DNA of 64,000 bases from Acidimicrobiales bacterium. Lineage in GTDB: Bacteria; Actinomycetota; Acidimicrobiia; Acidimicrobiales; Bog-793. Numbering within the stretch: the first letter of the stretch is position 1; each line of letters opens with the position of its first letter. The position numbers were made by a program, and so were the translations under genes. Of this stretch, positions 1-8,616 are shown piece after piece. The notes beneath the pieces are model-generated. The model was given only the letters and a program-made list of their open reading frames with translations. It did not search any database and was not told the origin of the DNA. The stretch spans positions 101,569 to 165,568 of the forward strand of contig JBEKEM010000004.1 of assembly GCA_050013835.1 (NCBI GenBank). Direction: 5' to 3'.

Positions 1-15
1 GAAGGAACAGCCAAC

Positions 16-1044
16 TTGGCCTCGTCGACAGGCTCACTACGCCGCTACGTCCTCACGCGGCTCGTGCTCGTGCTGCCGATGGTGCTGATCCTGCTGACGC
101 TCGTCTTCATGCTGATGCGGGTCGCCCCGGGGAACCCGATCCTCGCCGCGCTCGGCGGGCACCTCTCGCCCTCCCAACTCGCCTCTCGGGAGCGCGCCGC
201 CGGCTACGACAAGTCCCTCCTCGTCCAGTACTGGGAGTACCTGCGGCAGGTCTTCACCGGCAATCTCGGCACGACCATCACCGACCACCGCCCCGTCACT
301 CAGATCATCGCCCAGAACGGGGCCGCGACACTCGAGCTCACCGGCGCGGCGATGTTCGTCGCCATCGTGGTCGGCGTCCCGCTCGGCATGCTCGCCGGAA
401 GGATGCGCGACACCTGGGTCGACGCCTCGGCGCGCATCTTCGGCATCGTGATCTACGCCGCCCCCGTCTTCTTCCTCGGGTTGCTCGCCCAAGAACTGTT
501 CGGGCACATCCTCAACTGGCTGCCGACCTCGAGCGAGGCGAGCATCATCATCCAGGCCAATCTCACGCCACACACGAACATCCCGATCATCGACGCGATG
601 ATCGACGGGCAGTGGGGGGACCTGCCGGATCTCTTCGCCCACCTCGTCCTCCCGGCGATGACGCTCGGACTCGTGATCTCGGGGGTCGTGCTCCGGCTCG
701 TGCGCGTGAACGTCATCCAGACGATGAAGGGTGATTACGTCGAGGCAGCCCGCGCCCGCGGACTGAAAGAACGCGCCGTCGTCGTCCATCACGCCTTCCG
801 CAACGCGCTCGTCCCGATCATCACGGTGACAGGTCTTCAGGCCGCGCTCCTGCTGTCGGGCGCGGTCCTCACCGAGGAGACCTTTAACTGGCCGGGAATC
901 GGCAATCAGCTCATCTACTACCTCGACGCGCGCGACTACATCGCCGTCCAGGGGATCATCACGGTCTTCGCGCTCGCTGTCGTCGCGATCAGCCTGATCA
1001 TCGATCTTCTGAACGCCTGGATCGACCCACGGGTTCGCTACTGA
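16..1044 (+). CDS. ABC transporter permease, peptide/nickel (DppB/OppB) type
   Basis: The 342-aa ORF has an N-terminus (RYVLTRLVLVLPMVLILLTLVFMLMRVAPGNP) and a multi-TM profile typical of binding-protein-dependent permeases. Its stop overlaps the next transporter gene (TGATG at 1042-1046). The start is TTG at 16, so the true start is uncertain. Confidence 0.85.
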   Translation: MASSTGSLRRYVLTRLVLVLPMVLILLTLVFMLMRVAPGNPILAALGGHLSPSQLASRERAAGYDKSLLVQYWEYLRQVFTGNLGTTITDHRPVTQIIAQNGAATLELTGAAMFVAIVVGVPLGMLAGRMRDTWVDASARIFGIVIYAAPVFFLGLLAQELFGHILNWLPTSSEASIIIQANLTPHTNIPIIDAMIDGQWGDLPDLFAHLVLPAMTLGLVISGVVLRLVRVNVIQTMKGDYVEAARARGLKERAVVVHHAFRNALVPIITVTGLQAALLLSGAVLTEETFNWPGIGNQLIYYLDARDYIAVQGIITVFALAVVAISLIIDLLNAWIDPRVRY

Positions 1045-3098
1045 TGGCAACGACCGTCCCCGTCACCGTCGACCGCGAAGTGGAGCCCGACGACGCCCGT
1101 GACGGCCGCTCCGGGCCGATGCGGGGCCTCCACCACGCGATCGCCCCGTTGCTCGCCGCGCGCGGACTGCCGCGCTGGCTCTTCTGGACCGGTGCCGCGA
1201 TCACGGCGTTCTTCGTCGTGCTCGCCGTGTTCGCGCCCCAGATCGCGCCCTACGGCTTTAACCAGTACATGGCGCACGGCGTTCGCTTCCCCCAGCAGGG
1301 TGCGCCGTCCGCGGCCCACTGGATGGGCACGACCGTCGTCTCCGAGGACGTGTTCTCCCGGGTCATCTTCGGCGCGCGCACCTCGATCGAGGTCGTCGTG
1401 CTGGCCCTCGCGTTGAGTGTCGCCATCGGCGTGCCGATGGGTCTCATCTCCGGCTACTTCGGGGGTTGGCTCGACCGGGCACTCGTCCTATTCAACGACT
1501 CGATCTTCGCCTTCCCCTACCTGCTCCTCGCCATCGTCATCGCCTTCCTCCTCCAGAACTCGGTCGGTGGGGGGGTGTTCACCGCGGCGATCGCCATCAC
1601 CGTCGTGTACATCCCCCAGTACTTCCGCGTCGTGCGCAACAGCACGCTGTCGGTGCGCGAGGAGTCGTACGTCGAGGCGGGGCGCGCCCTCGGGGCCAAG
1701 CCGCGCACGGTCATCCGCCGGTACGTGTTCGCCAACGTCATCCAGTCCGTCCCCGTCGTCGCCTCGCTCAACGCCGCCGACGCCATCCTCACGCTCGCCG
1801 GGCTCTCGTTCCTCGGCATCGGCATGGACCCGTCGGTCGCGGCCGAATGGGGCTACGACATCTCACGGGGCATCTCGGACGCCCAGGCCGGCTTCTGGTG
1901 GACGGGGCTGTTCCCGGGGATCGCGATCATCCTCCTCGTCACCGGCCTCACCCTCGTTGGCGAGGGGCTGAACGACAGCTACAACCCGCTGCTGCGCCGG
2001 CCGAACCACCGCTCCTACGCCCTGCCCGGCGGTCAGCGGAAGGCGACCACCACCACCACCACCACCGCCGCCGCGACGCAACCCGTCATCCGGGTACGGG
2101 ACCTGCGCGTCTGGTACGGGACCGACCGCGGCCCCGTACGCGCCGTCGACGGCGTGAGCTTCGAGATCGGCGAGCGTGAGACGCTCGGACTCGTCGGCGA
2201 ATCGGGGTGCGGCAAGTCGACGCTCGGGCGGGGGCTCCTCGGGCTGCTGCCCGTCGGCGCGACCCGCGACGGGGTGGTCGAGTTCGGGGGACGCAACCTC
2301 GTCACGGCGTCGCCGGCTGAGATGCGCAAGCTGCGCGGCCCTGCGATCGGGCTCGTCTTCCAGGAGCCGATGACGCGGCTCGACCCGCTGATGCGGATCT
2401 CGGACCACTTCGCCGAGGCGCTGCGCACCCACGACCCGGACATCTCCGACGCCGAGGTGCGCCGGCGTTCGCTCGAGGCACTCGGCGGGGTTGGCATCCC
2501 GCCGACGCGCTTCCGCAACTACCCCTACGAGTTCTCGGGCGGTATGCGGCAGCGGATCATGATCGCGCTCGCGCTCGTCTTCCGCCCGCGCTTCGTCGTC
2601 GCCGACGAGCCGACGACGGCCCTCGACGTGCTCGTCGAGGCGCAGATCCTGTCGCTCATCGCCGATCTCAAACGGAACTTCGACGCGTCGCTGCTCCTCA
2701 TCACCCACAACCTCGGCATCGTCGCCGAGTCCTGCGACCGCGTCGCCGTGATGTACGCCGGCCGAATCGTTGAGCAGGGCGCCGTCGAGGACATCTTCAG
2801 CCGCCCGGAGCACCCCTACACGCAGGAGCTCATGCGTTCCACGATCTCGCTTTCGACCCGCGAGCTCCACTTCATCCCCGGGGCGCCGCCCGACCTCGTC
2901 GAACCGCCAGCGGGATGCCGCTTCCACCCGCGCTGCCCCGCGGCGATGCGGGTCTGCGCCGCCGCCGCCCCCATCGGCACGGAGGTGCGGCCGGGCCACC
3001 TCGCGGAGTGCTGGCTGCACGGCCCGGCCGACCACCTGACACCCGACGACCGGGTGCCGCTCGAGCGGGAGGAGATCGGCATTGCCGACGAAGCCTGA
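1044..3098 (+). CDS. Fused ABC transporter permease (DppC/OppC type) and ATP-binding subunit (DppD/OppD type)
   Basis: The N-terminal ~330 aa form a membrane permease. A poly-Thr linker (ATTTTTTTAAAT) follows. The C-terminal half is an NBD with Walker A GESGCGKST, signature FSGGMRQR and Walker B FVVADEPTTALD, plus the oligopeptide C-terminal Cys motif (GCRFHPRCP). Confidence 0.85.
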   Translation: MATTVPVTVDREVEPDDARDGRSGPMRGLHHAIAPLLAARGLPRWLFWTGAAITAFFVVLAVFAPQIAPYGFNQYMAHGVRFPQQGAPSAAHWMGTTVVSEDVFSRVIFGARTSIEVVVLALALSVAIGVPMGLISGYFGGWLDRALVLFNDSIFAFPYLLLAIVIAFLLQNSVGGGVFTAAIAITVVYIPQYFRVVRNSTLSVREESYVEAGRALGAKPRTVIRRYVFANVIQSVPVVASLNAADAILTLAGLSFLGIGMDPSVAAEWGYDISRGISDAQAGFWWTGLFPGIAIILLVTGLTLVGEGLNDSYNPLLRRPNHRSYALPGGQRKATTTTTTTAAATQPVIRVRDLRVWYGTDRGPVRAVDGVSFEIGERETLGLVGESGCGKSTLGRGLLGLLPVGATRDGVVEFGGRNLVTASPAEMRKLRGPAIGLVFQEPMTRLDPLMRISDHFAEALRTHDPDISDAEVRRRSLEALGGVGIPPTRFRNYPYEFSGGMRQRIMIALALVFRPRFVVADEPTTALDVLVEAQILSLIADLKRNFDASLLLITHNLGIVAESCDRVAVMYAGRIVEQGAVEDIFSRPEHPYTQELMRSTISLSTRELHFIPGAPPDLVEPPAGCRFHPRCPAAMRVCAAAAPIGTEVRPGHLAECWLHGPADHLTPDDRVPLEREEIGIADEA

Positions 3099-4389
3099 CC
3101 TCTCGACAGCCCCGGTGCTTCTCGACGTGCGCGGCGTGAAGGTCCACTTCGCGCTGCGCGGCAACTTCCTCCAGCGGGTGCTGGGCCACGACACCGGGTC
3201 GGTGAAGGCCGTCGACGGCGTGAGCTTCCAGCTGCACCGCGGCGAGGTGCTCGGGCTCGTCGGTGAGTCCGGCAGCGGCAAGACGACGATCTCGCGGGCG
3301 GTGCTGTCCCTCGTGCACGTCACCGACGGCTCGATCTCGCTCGACGGCGAGAGGATCTCCGGTCTCTCGGAACGGCGCTTCCGGCCGCTGCGCAAGCGGA
3401 TGCAGCTCATCTTCCAGGACCCGCACGCCTCGCTCAACCCGGCGATGACCATCCGCGACGCCGTCGGCCACCCCCTCAAGATCCACGGCATCGCCCGTGA
3501 CGACCGCCAGGTGACGAGGCTCGTCTCGGAGACGCTCGAACGCGTCGGGCTCGTGCCCGTCGACCGCTTCCTGCGCAAGTACCCGAGCGACCTCTCGGGC
3601 GGCCAGAAACAGCGCGCCGTCCTCGCCCGGGCGATCATCCTCGGACCGGAGCTCGTCATCGCCGATGAGCCGGTCTCGATGCTCGACATGAGCGTGCGGG
3701 CCAAGGTCCTCCAGCTCATGGACGACCTGAAGACCGACCTCGGCCTCACGTACCTCTACGTGACCCACGACCTCGCGACGGCGCGCTACTTCTGCGACCG
3801 GATCGCCATCATGTACCTCGGCCGGATCGTCGAGATCGGCTCCGCCGCCGACGTCTACGCCAACCCGCGTCACCCGTACACGAAGGCGCTCCTGGAGGCG
3901 ATCCCGGAACCGGATCCCCGTCACCACGTGCCACGCGACCTTCCCCGCGGCGAGGTGCCCGACGCGGCAGTCCCGCCGCTCGGCTGCTCGTTCCACCCCC
4001 GCTGCCCGCGCGCCTACGCCCCGTGCGGGTGGGAGAGCCGTGACCTGCGGACGCTGCTCGAGGAACGGTGGGCGCAACTCGGCCCGGAGGAGTTCCAGCG
4101 CGAGCGGGCGATCATCGGCGGCCTCGACGGGCTCGATGAGCCGTCTGCCCTCGCCCTGCTCCCCTGCGCCTCCGGCCGCAGCCCCGCCGAGGTCGCGGCC
4201 CTACTCCAAGAACACCGTGCGGCGAGCGCGGAGGACCCGTTCTGGAGAGGCGTGGTCGCGACCGAGGAGCGCGCCGCCGGCGTCGCCGTCCGCTTCCACG
4301 AGGGCGTCGACCCCGTGCTCGGTCCGGTCGGCGACGACACCCCGCCGGTCGAGGTCGCCTGCCATCTCTACCGTCCGGACCTCGGCTAG
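3082..4389 (+). CDS. ABC transporter ATP-binding protein (DppF/OppF type) with ~110-aa C-terminal extension
   Basis: Walker A GESGSGKTT, signature LSGGQKQR, Walker B LVIADEPVSMLD and GCSFHPRCP are present. A non-homologous tail follows. The TTG start at 3082 overlaps the upstream stop. Confidence 0.85.
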   Translation: MPTKPDLSTAPVLLDVRGVKVHFALRGNFLQRVLGHDTGSVKAVDGVSFQLHRGEVLGLVGESGSGKTTISRAVLSLVHVTDGSISLDGERISGLSERRFRPLRKRMQLIFQDPHASLNPAMTIRDAVGHPLKIHGIARDDRQVTRLVSETLERVGLVPVDRFLRKYPSDLSGGQKQRAVLARAIILGPELVIADEPVSMLDMSVRAKVLQLMDDLKTDLGLTYLYVTHDLATARYFCDRIAIMYLGRIVEIGSAADVYANPRHPYTKALLEAIPEPDPRHHVPRDLPRGEVPDAAVPPLGCSFHPRCPRAYAPCGWESRDLRTLLEERWAQLGPEEFQRERAIIGGLDGLDEPSALALLPCASGRSPAEVAALLQEHRAASAEDPFWRGVVATEERAAGVAVRFHEGVDPVLGPVGDDTPPVEVACHLYRPDLG

Positions 4390-4525
4390 GTCGGCGCCCG
4401 CGCCCTCGGGCGATGCCGGGCGCAAATCGTCCCGACGGTCCGCGACTCAGCTCGGGGAGACGGCCCGACCACCGGCCGGCAACTGGGCTCCCTGGCGTGA
4501 CGAGGACCGGTTTACCGAGACACGT

Positions 4526-5524
4526 TCACGAGCCGACTGCGAGGATCTGTGCCGCCACCAGACGGAGGCAGTCCGCCGTCGAGTGGGCCGACGCTTCGGC
4601 GCCGAACAGCTCGGACAGCACGACGACCGGTGCCGGGGAGAGGCCGACGGCGTCGCGCTCGGCCTGGCCGGCGACGACGACGACCGGCACGTGACGGAGC
4701 TCCGCCTCGGCGAGCACGCCACCGACCACCTTGCCCTCGAACGAGGTGCGATCGAGACGGCCCTCGGCGGTGACGACGAGATCCGCCGCGGCGACGCGGC
4801 TGGCGAGCCCGACGTGGCGGGCCACGAACTCGAAGCCGGGCTCGATGCGGGCCCCGGCGGCCCACAGGCCGCCCGCCAGACCTCCGGCCGCCCCGGCTCG
4901 GGGGACGAGTCCGACGTCGACCGAGAAACGCTCCCGCAGCAACTCAGCCTGGGCGGCGAGACGCCGCTCGAGGCGGGCAACGGTGTCGGAGTCGGCCCCC
5001 TTCTGGGGACCGAACACGCGGGCCGCGTCAAGGTAGCCCGTCGTCACGTCCGTCGCGAGCACGACGCGACAGCCGGCCGCGAACGGGACGAGGTCGGCGA
5101 GCGCCTCGAGGGCGCCGGCGCCCCCGTCCGTCGTGACCGACCCGCCCAGTCCCACGCTCACGTGGCTCGCCCCGGCGCGCAGTGCCTCGGCGACCAGCGC
5201 GCCGAGGCCGTAGGTCGTCGCCGCTTCGGCCTGCCCGGGTCCGGGCGCCGCACACCCCCCGTAGCCGATCACGATCGCCGACTCGATGACCGCCCGGCCC
5301 CTGCGCAGCCGCCACGGTGCCACGACGGGCACGCCAAACGCGTTCGGCACCTCGCTCGTGCGGTTCGGACCTCCCAGCGCGTCGAGGAATCCCTCACCGC
5401 CGTCGGACAGGGGTAGGAGTATCGTCTGCGCCCCGGCCGCGTCGAGGCCCTCAGCGAGGGCACGGGCCGCGTCCCGGGCACTGAGCGTGCCGCGCAGCTT
5501 GTCGGGCGCGACGAGAACGTGCAC
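4526..5524 (-). CDS. Glycerate kinase
   Basis: The 332-aa ORF starts MHVLVAPDKLRGTLSARDAARALAEGL and shows the Gly-rich GlxK/GarK-family pattern throughout. Confidence 0.8.
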   Translation of the reverse strand: MHVLVAPDKLRGTLSARDAARALAEGLDAAGAQTILLPLSDGGEGFLDALGGPNRTSEVPNAFGVPVVAPWRLRRGRAVIESAIVIGYGGCAAPGPGQAEAATTYGLGALVAEALRAGASHVSVGLGGSVTTDGGAGALEALADLVPFAAGCRVVLATDVTTGYLDAARVFGPQKGADSDTVARLERRLAAQAELLRERFSVDVGLVPRAGAAGGLAGGLWAAGARIEPGFEFVARHVGLASRVAAADLVVTAEGRLDRTSFEGKVVGGVLAEAELRHVPVVVVAGQAERDAVGLSPAPVVVLSELFGAEASAHSTADCLRLVAAQILAVGS

Positions 5525-5528
5525 CTCC

Positions 5529-6443
5529 TCAGCTCCCGCCGAGTGCCGCCGCCACGCCGTTCGTCGCCATGAGCGCGATGCGTCGCCTCGTCGCGAGCGT
5601 CGCGCTTCCGATGTGCGGGAGGAGCACCGCGTGCGGCGCGTGCAACAGTGCCGCCGGAACCCGCGGCTCTTCCGAGTAGACGTCGATACCGGCCGCGAAG
5701 ATCCGCCCGCCCTCGAGCGCGTCGGCGAGCGCGTCCTCGTCGATGACGGCGCCCCGGGCCGTGTTCACGATGACCGAGTCCGGACGGAGCAGCGCCAGCT
5801 CGCGCGCTCCGATCAGGTGACGGGTCAATTCGGTGAGGGGCACGTGCAGACTCACGATGTCGCTGCGGACGAGCAGGTCGTCGAGATCCACCACGTAGCC
5901 AGGCTCCCCGGTGTCGCGGTGCGACCAGTGCAGGACGGTCATGTCGAACCCGGCGGCTCGTCGCGCCACGGCACGAGCGATCCGCCCGAACCCCACCAGG
6001 CCGAGCGTCGCGCCGCAGACGTCGCGGCCGAGGTGGTCGAGGAGGCTCCAACCGCGCCAGTCGCCTGATCGAAGGTCGCGCTCGGCGTCAGGCGTCCGGC
6101 GACTCGCCGCGAGGATCAGGGCGAAGGCGAGATCCGCGGTCGTCTCGTCGAGGGCACCCGGCGTGTTGAGCACCTGCACGCCCGCCGCATGTGCCGCGGC
6201 CAGGTCGATGTTGTCGAGCCCGACCGCGACGTTGCCGATCACCCGCAGACGTGGGGCCGCTGAGATCACCTCGGCATCGATGCGATCAGTCAGGACGCAG
6301 ACCACTGCATCGACGTCGGCGACGGCGTGGACGAGCTCGGCGTGACTGTAGGGCGCATCAACAGCCCGGACCCTGACTTCGTGAGCGGCGAGCGGATCGA
6401 GTGCTCCATCGGGCAGATGCCGTGTCACCAGCACAGTCGCCAT
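5529..6443 (-). CDS. D-2-hydroxyacid dehydrogenase (glyoxylate/hydroxypyruvate reductase-like)
   Basis: The 304-aa ORF has an NAD-binding GLVGFGRIARAVARR motif and the catalytic-domain pattern of D-isomer-specific 2-hydroxyacid dehydrogenases. It lies 4 nt upstream of the glycerate kinase gene. Confidence 0.85.
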   Translation of the reverse strand: MATVLVTRHLPDGALDPLAAHEVRVRAVDAPYSHAELVHAVADVDAVVCVLTDRIDAEVISAAPRLRVIGNVAVGLDNIDLAAAHAAGVQVLNTPGALDETTADLAFALILAASRRTPDAERDLRSGDWRGWSLLDHLGRDVCGATLGLVGFGRIARAVARRAAGFDMTVLHWSHRDTGEPGYVVDLDDLLVRSDIVSLHVPLTELTRHLIGARELALLRPDSVIVNTARGAVIDEDALADALEGGRIFAAGIDVYSEEPRVPAALLHAPHAVLLPHIGSATLATRRRIALMATNGVAAALGGS

Positions 6444-6729
6444 AACTCCGAGCTCCTTGACGGGTCATCGAGAGCAGGACCCAGCTTCGCACGTTGGAGT
6501 GCCAAGACCGGTGGCGAACCAGTCGCCTGCCGTCGCTGCCGTTCGAGGGGGGCGGTCGTCTTCGGCAACGATCTCTCCGGCCCGATGATTCAAATGAACG
6601 CGTGGAACCGACGCGATTTTGCCAGTTGCACTAGCATGGACCGACGGAATACAGCAGCGACGGGCGGCGGCTCATTGCAGCATGCTGCTTGCTAAAGTCC
6701 TGGTCAAGTCCCCTAATTAGGAGCCTGAA

Positions 6730-7797
6730 ATGACTGTCCGGCGTTTGTTCTACGTTTTCATACTGGCACTGCTCGGTACTGCATGGCTTCCCCTGGCGAG
6801 CGCCCAGGCGACGACGGGTAGCGGTACCTCGACGCCGCCTGTGATCGCCGTGCGTGTTGCCAACAGCGTGCTCGCCAAGGAGGGCAGCCTGAATGCGGCG
6901 TGGGTGACCCCGGAGTTCAGCGGCACTACTTACGCGGCTGCCGTGGCGAGTGACCCCACGAATGGTTTCCTCGGCGCGTATATCGACGGCTCTGGAAACG
7001 TGTGGGCCAAGGAAGGCAGCCTGACGGCTCCGTGGGTGGAGGAATGGAACGCATCGACTTCAGGGGTCGAGGCCGATCAAGTGGCCGTGGCCAGTGATTC
7101 CACGAATGGTCCCCTCATCGCTGTGGTGGACCACAATGGCAACCTGTGGGTCAAGGAAGGCAGCCTGACGGCTCCGTGGGTCGAGGAATGGAACGAATCG
7201 ATTGCAGGGGTCTTGGCCGAAACAGGTTCCAATGAACTGGCCGTCGCGAGCGATCCCACGAATGGTCCCCTCATTGCTTTTGTGGACAACTCTCATGACG
7301 TGTGGGCCAAGGAAGGCAGCTTGACCGCGGCGTGGACCGAGGTATGGAACGAATCGACTACAGGGGTCGACGCCGATCAAGTGGCCGTCGCGAGCGATTC
7401 CACGAATGGTCCCCTGATCGCTGTGGTGGACGAAGATTCCTATCTGTGGGCCAAAGAAGGCAGCCTGACTGCGCCGTGGCACGACGAGTACAACAACGCC
7501 AACTACGTGGCAGTCGCGAGTGACCCCACGAATGGCCCTCTCATCGCCGTGCAGGATGAAAGTAGTTACAACCTGTACGCGAAGGAAGGCAGCGTCACCG
7601 CGGTGTGGTACGACGAATACAACAATGTCTTCAACGGTAACTATCGATTCTCCGTCGCGAGTGACCCCACGAATGGTGCCCTCATCGCAGTGGTGGACTC
7701 GAGTCGCATCGTGTGGGCCAAGGAAGGCCTGCTAGCACCGACGTGGACAGACGAATACAACGGCACCGCCGGTACCACGGTTGCCGTTGCCGGTTAA
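6730..7797 (+). CDS. Secreted repeat protein, predicted 7-bladed beta-propeller, function unknown
   Basis: An AGGAG SD lies 6 nt before the ATG. The signal peptide is MTVRRLFYVFILALLGTAWLPLASAQA. Seven tandem ~42-50 aa repeats follow (VAVASDxTNGPLIAxVD...WAKEGSLTAPW..E.N). A strong terminator hairpin lies downstream. Confidence 0.85.
   Translation: MTVRRLFYVFILALLGTAWLPLASAQATTGSGTSTPPVIAVRVANSVLAKEGSLNAAWVTPEFSGTTYAAAVASDPTNGFLGAYIDGSGNVWAKEGSLTAPWVEEWNASTSGVEADQVAVASDSTNGPLIAVVDHNGNLWVKEGSLTAPWVEEWNESIAGVLAETGSNELAVASDPTNGPLIAFVDNSHDVWAKEGSLTAAWTEVWNESTTGVDADQVAVASDSTNGPLIAVVDEDSYLWAKEGSLTAPWHDEYNNANYVAVASDPTNGPLIAVQDESSYNLYAKEGSVTAVWYDEYNNVFNGNYRFSVASDPTNGALIAVVDSSRIVWAKEGLLAPTWTDEYNGTAGTTVAVAG
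6943..7794 (+). repeat. Intragenic tandem repeats (about 126-150 bp units, with a 300-bp two-unit periodicity)
   Basis: 7081-7131 and 7381-7431 differ at 4 of 51 nt. The VASD.TNG.LIA and AKEGSLTA.W blocks recur seven times. Confidence 0.85.
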
Positions 7798-7839
7798 CCT
7801 AATTTCGCAAACGCGACCAACCTAATTCCACAAGCGCCA

Positions 7840-7883
7840 GCGCCAACCGAGAATCAGGTCTCCTGATTCTCGGTTGGCGCTTT
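7840..7883 (+). terminator. Rho-independent terminator of the repeat-protein gene
   Basis: A perfect 19-bp stem (gcgccaaccgagaatcagg / cctgattctcggttggcgc) with a 3-nt loop is followed by ttt. Confidence 0.8.
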
Positions 7884-8264
7884 ACTCCGACAACGAATTT
7901 GATTCCTCGCACCAAACGCCAGCCACCCGGTCATCGGGCTGGTTGTCGAGACGTGTAGGGAGAACGTCGCTCAAATCCGTGTTCCCGCGGCAAGCAGCCG
8001 CCGCGGAACTTCCGCTTGCTTGGGCACCGACTTACTTGGGTCACGCCTGGGCCACGCCTGAACGACCCAAGGTACTCGGCTGGGGTCGTCGCCCAGCCTG
8101 CGCCATCCTCGATGTGTTACCGGTGATCGTCAAAGGCTCAGACTTCTGTGACGCCTGCCTGCGGCTCCAAATCGACGAGGAACGAAGCATTCGGCCTGTA
8201 GGTGCGCTGTGCTTGCCTTCCGCGCTGCGACCTAGGTGCTCAACCCCACCTCAGAGGCACTTTG

Positions 8265-8337
8265 CTGGCGGGGGAGGACTCGAACCTCCAACCTCCTGAT
8301 CCAAAGTCAGGCGTTCTGCCTCTTGAACTACCCGCCA
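8265..8337 (-). tRNA. tRNA-Gln (anticodon UUG)
   Basis: A manual cloverleaf fits: acceptor TGGCGGG/CCCGCCA with U1-A72 and G73, D stem GTTC/GAAC, anticodon stem CCTGA/TCAGG with loop CTTTGGA, and T arm GGAGG-TTCGAGT-CCTCC. The tRNA is 73 nt and CCA is not encoded. Confidence 0.9.
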
Positions 8338-8616
8338 CCGAGTCAAGACCTCTACGACCTTCTCGTCAGCTCGCGGTACCACGGACTCGCAGGTCGAAAC
8401 GACTCAAGCCTCGCGCAGGTAGGCCCCGACGCGCGCGATCTCGAGATCCTGGCACAACTTCACGTCCCTACAAGACGAGCAACGACCAGTGTCGCTAAGA
8501 CGCGGCCTCACCGAACAATCGAAAACCGCTGATTTGTGCCATCCTCGCGATGGAAATCACCGATATTCTTCAGTGGAGATGGACGTGTTCCGGTTTCTCG
8601 CTGAGAATCGCGAGCG

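Noticed and set aside
1863-3749. 628-aa minus-strand ORF antisense to the transporter genes. Many similar long ORFs occur, for example 2872..4077, 4040..5416, 13151..14845, 15708..17078, 27809..29683, 35117..37009, 44628..47072 and 57208..59286.
   Set aside because: Their Arg/Gly/Pro/Asp-rich, low-complexity translations are typical of stop-poor shadow frames in ~75% GC DNA. Each overlaps a gene with clear homology on the other strand or in another frame.
6541-6555. gttcgaggggggcgg, resembling the T-arm/acceptor of the tRNA-Gln; considered as a possible att repeat marking an island boundary.
   Set aside because: Only gttcgag is shared in direct orientation, and the rest is the complement of the tRNA sequence. 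It is not a direct repeat, and no integrase is present.
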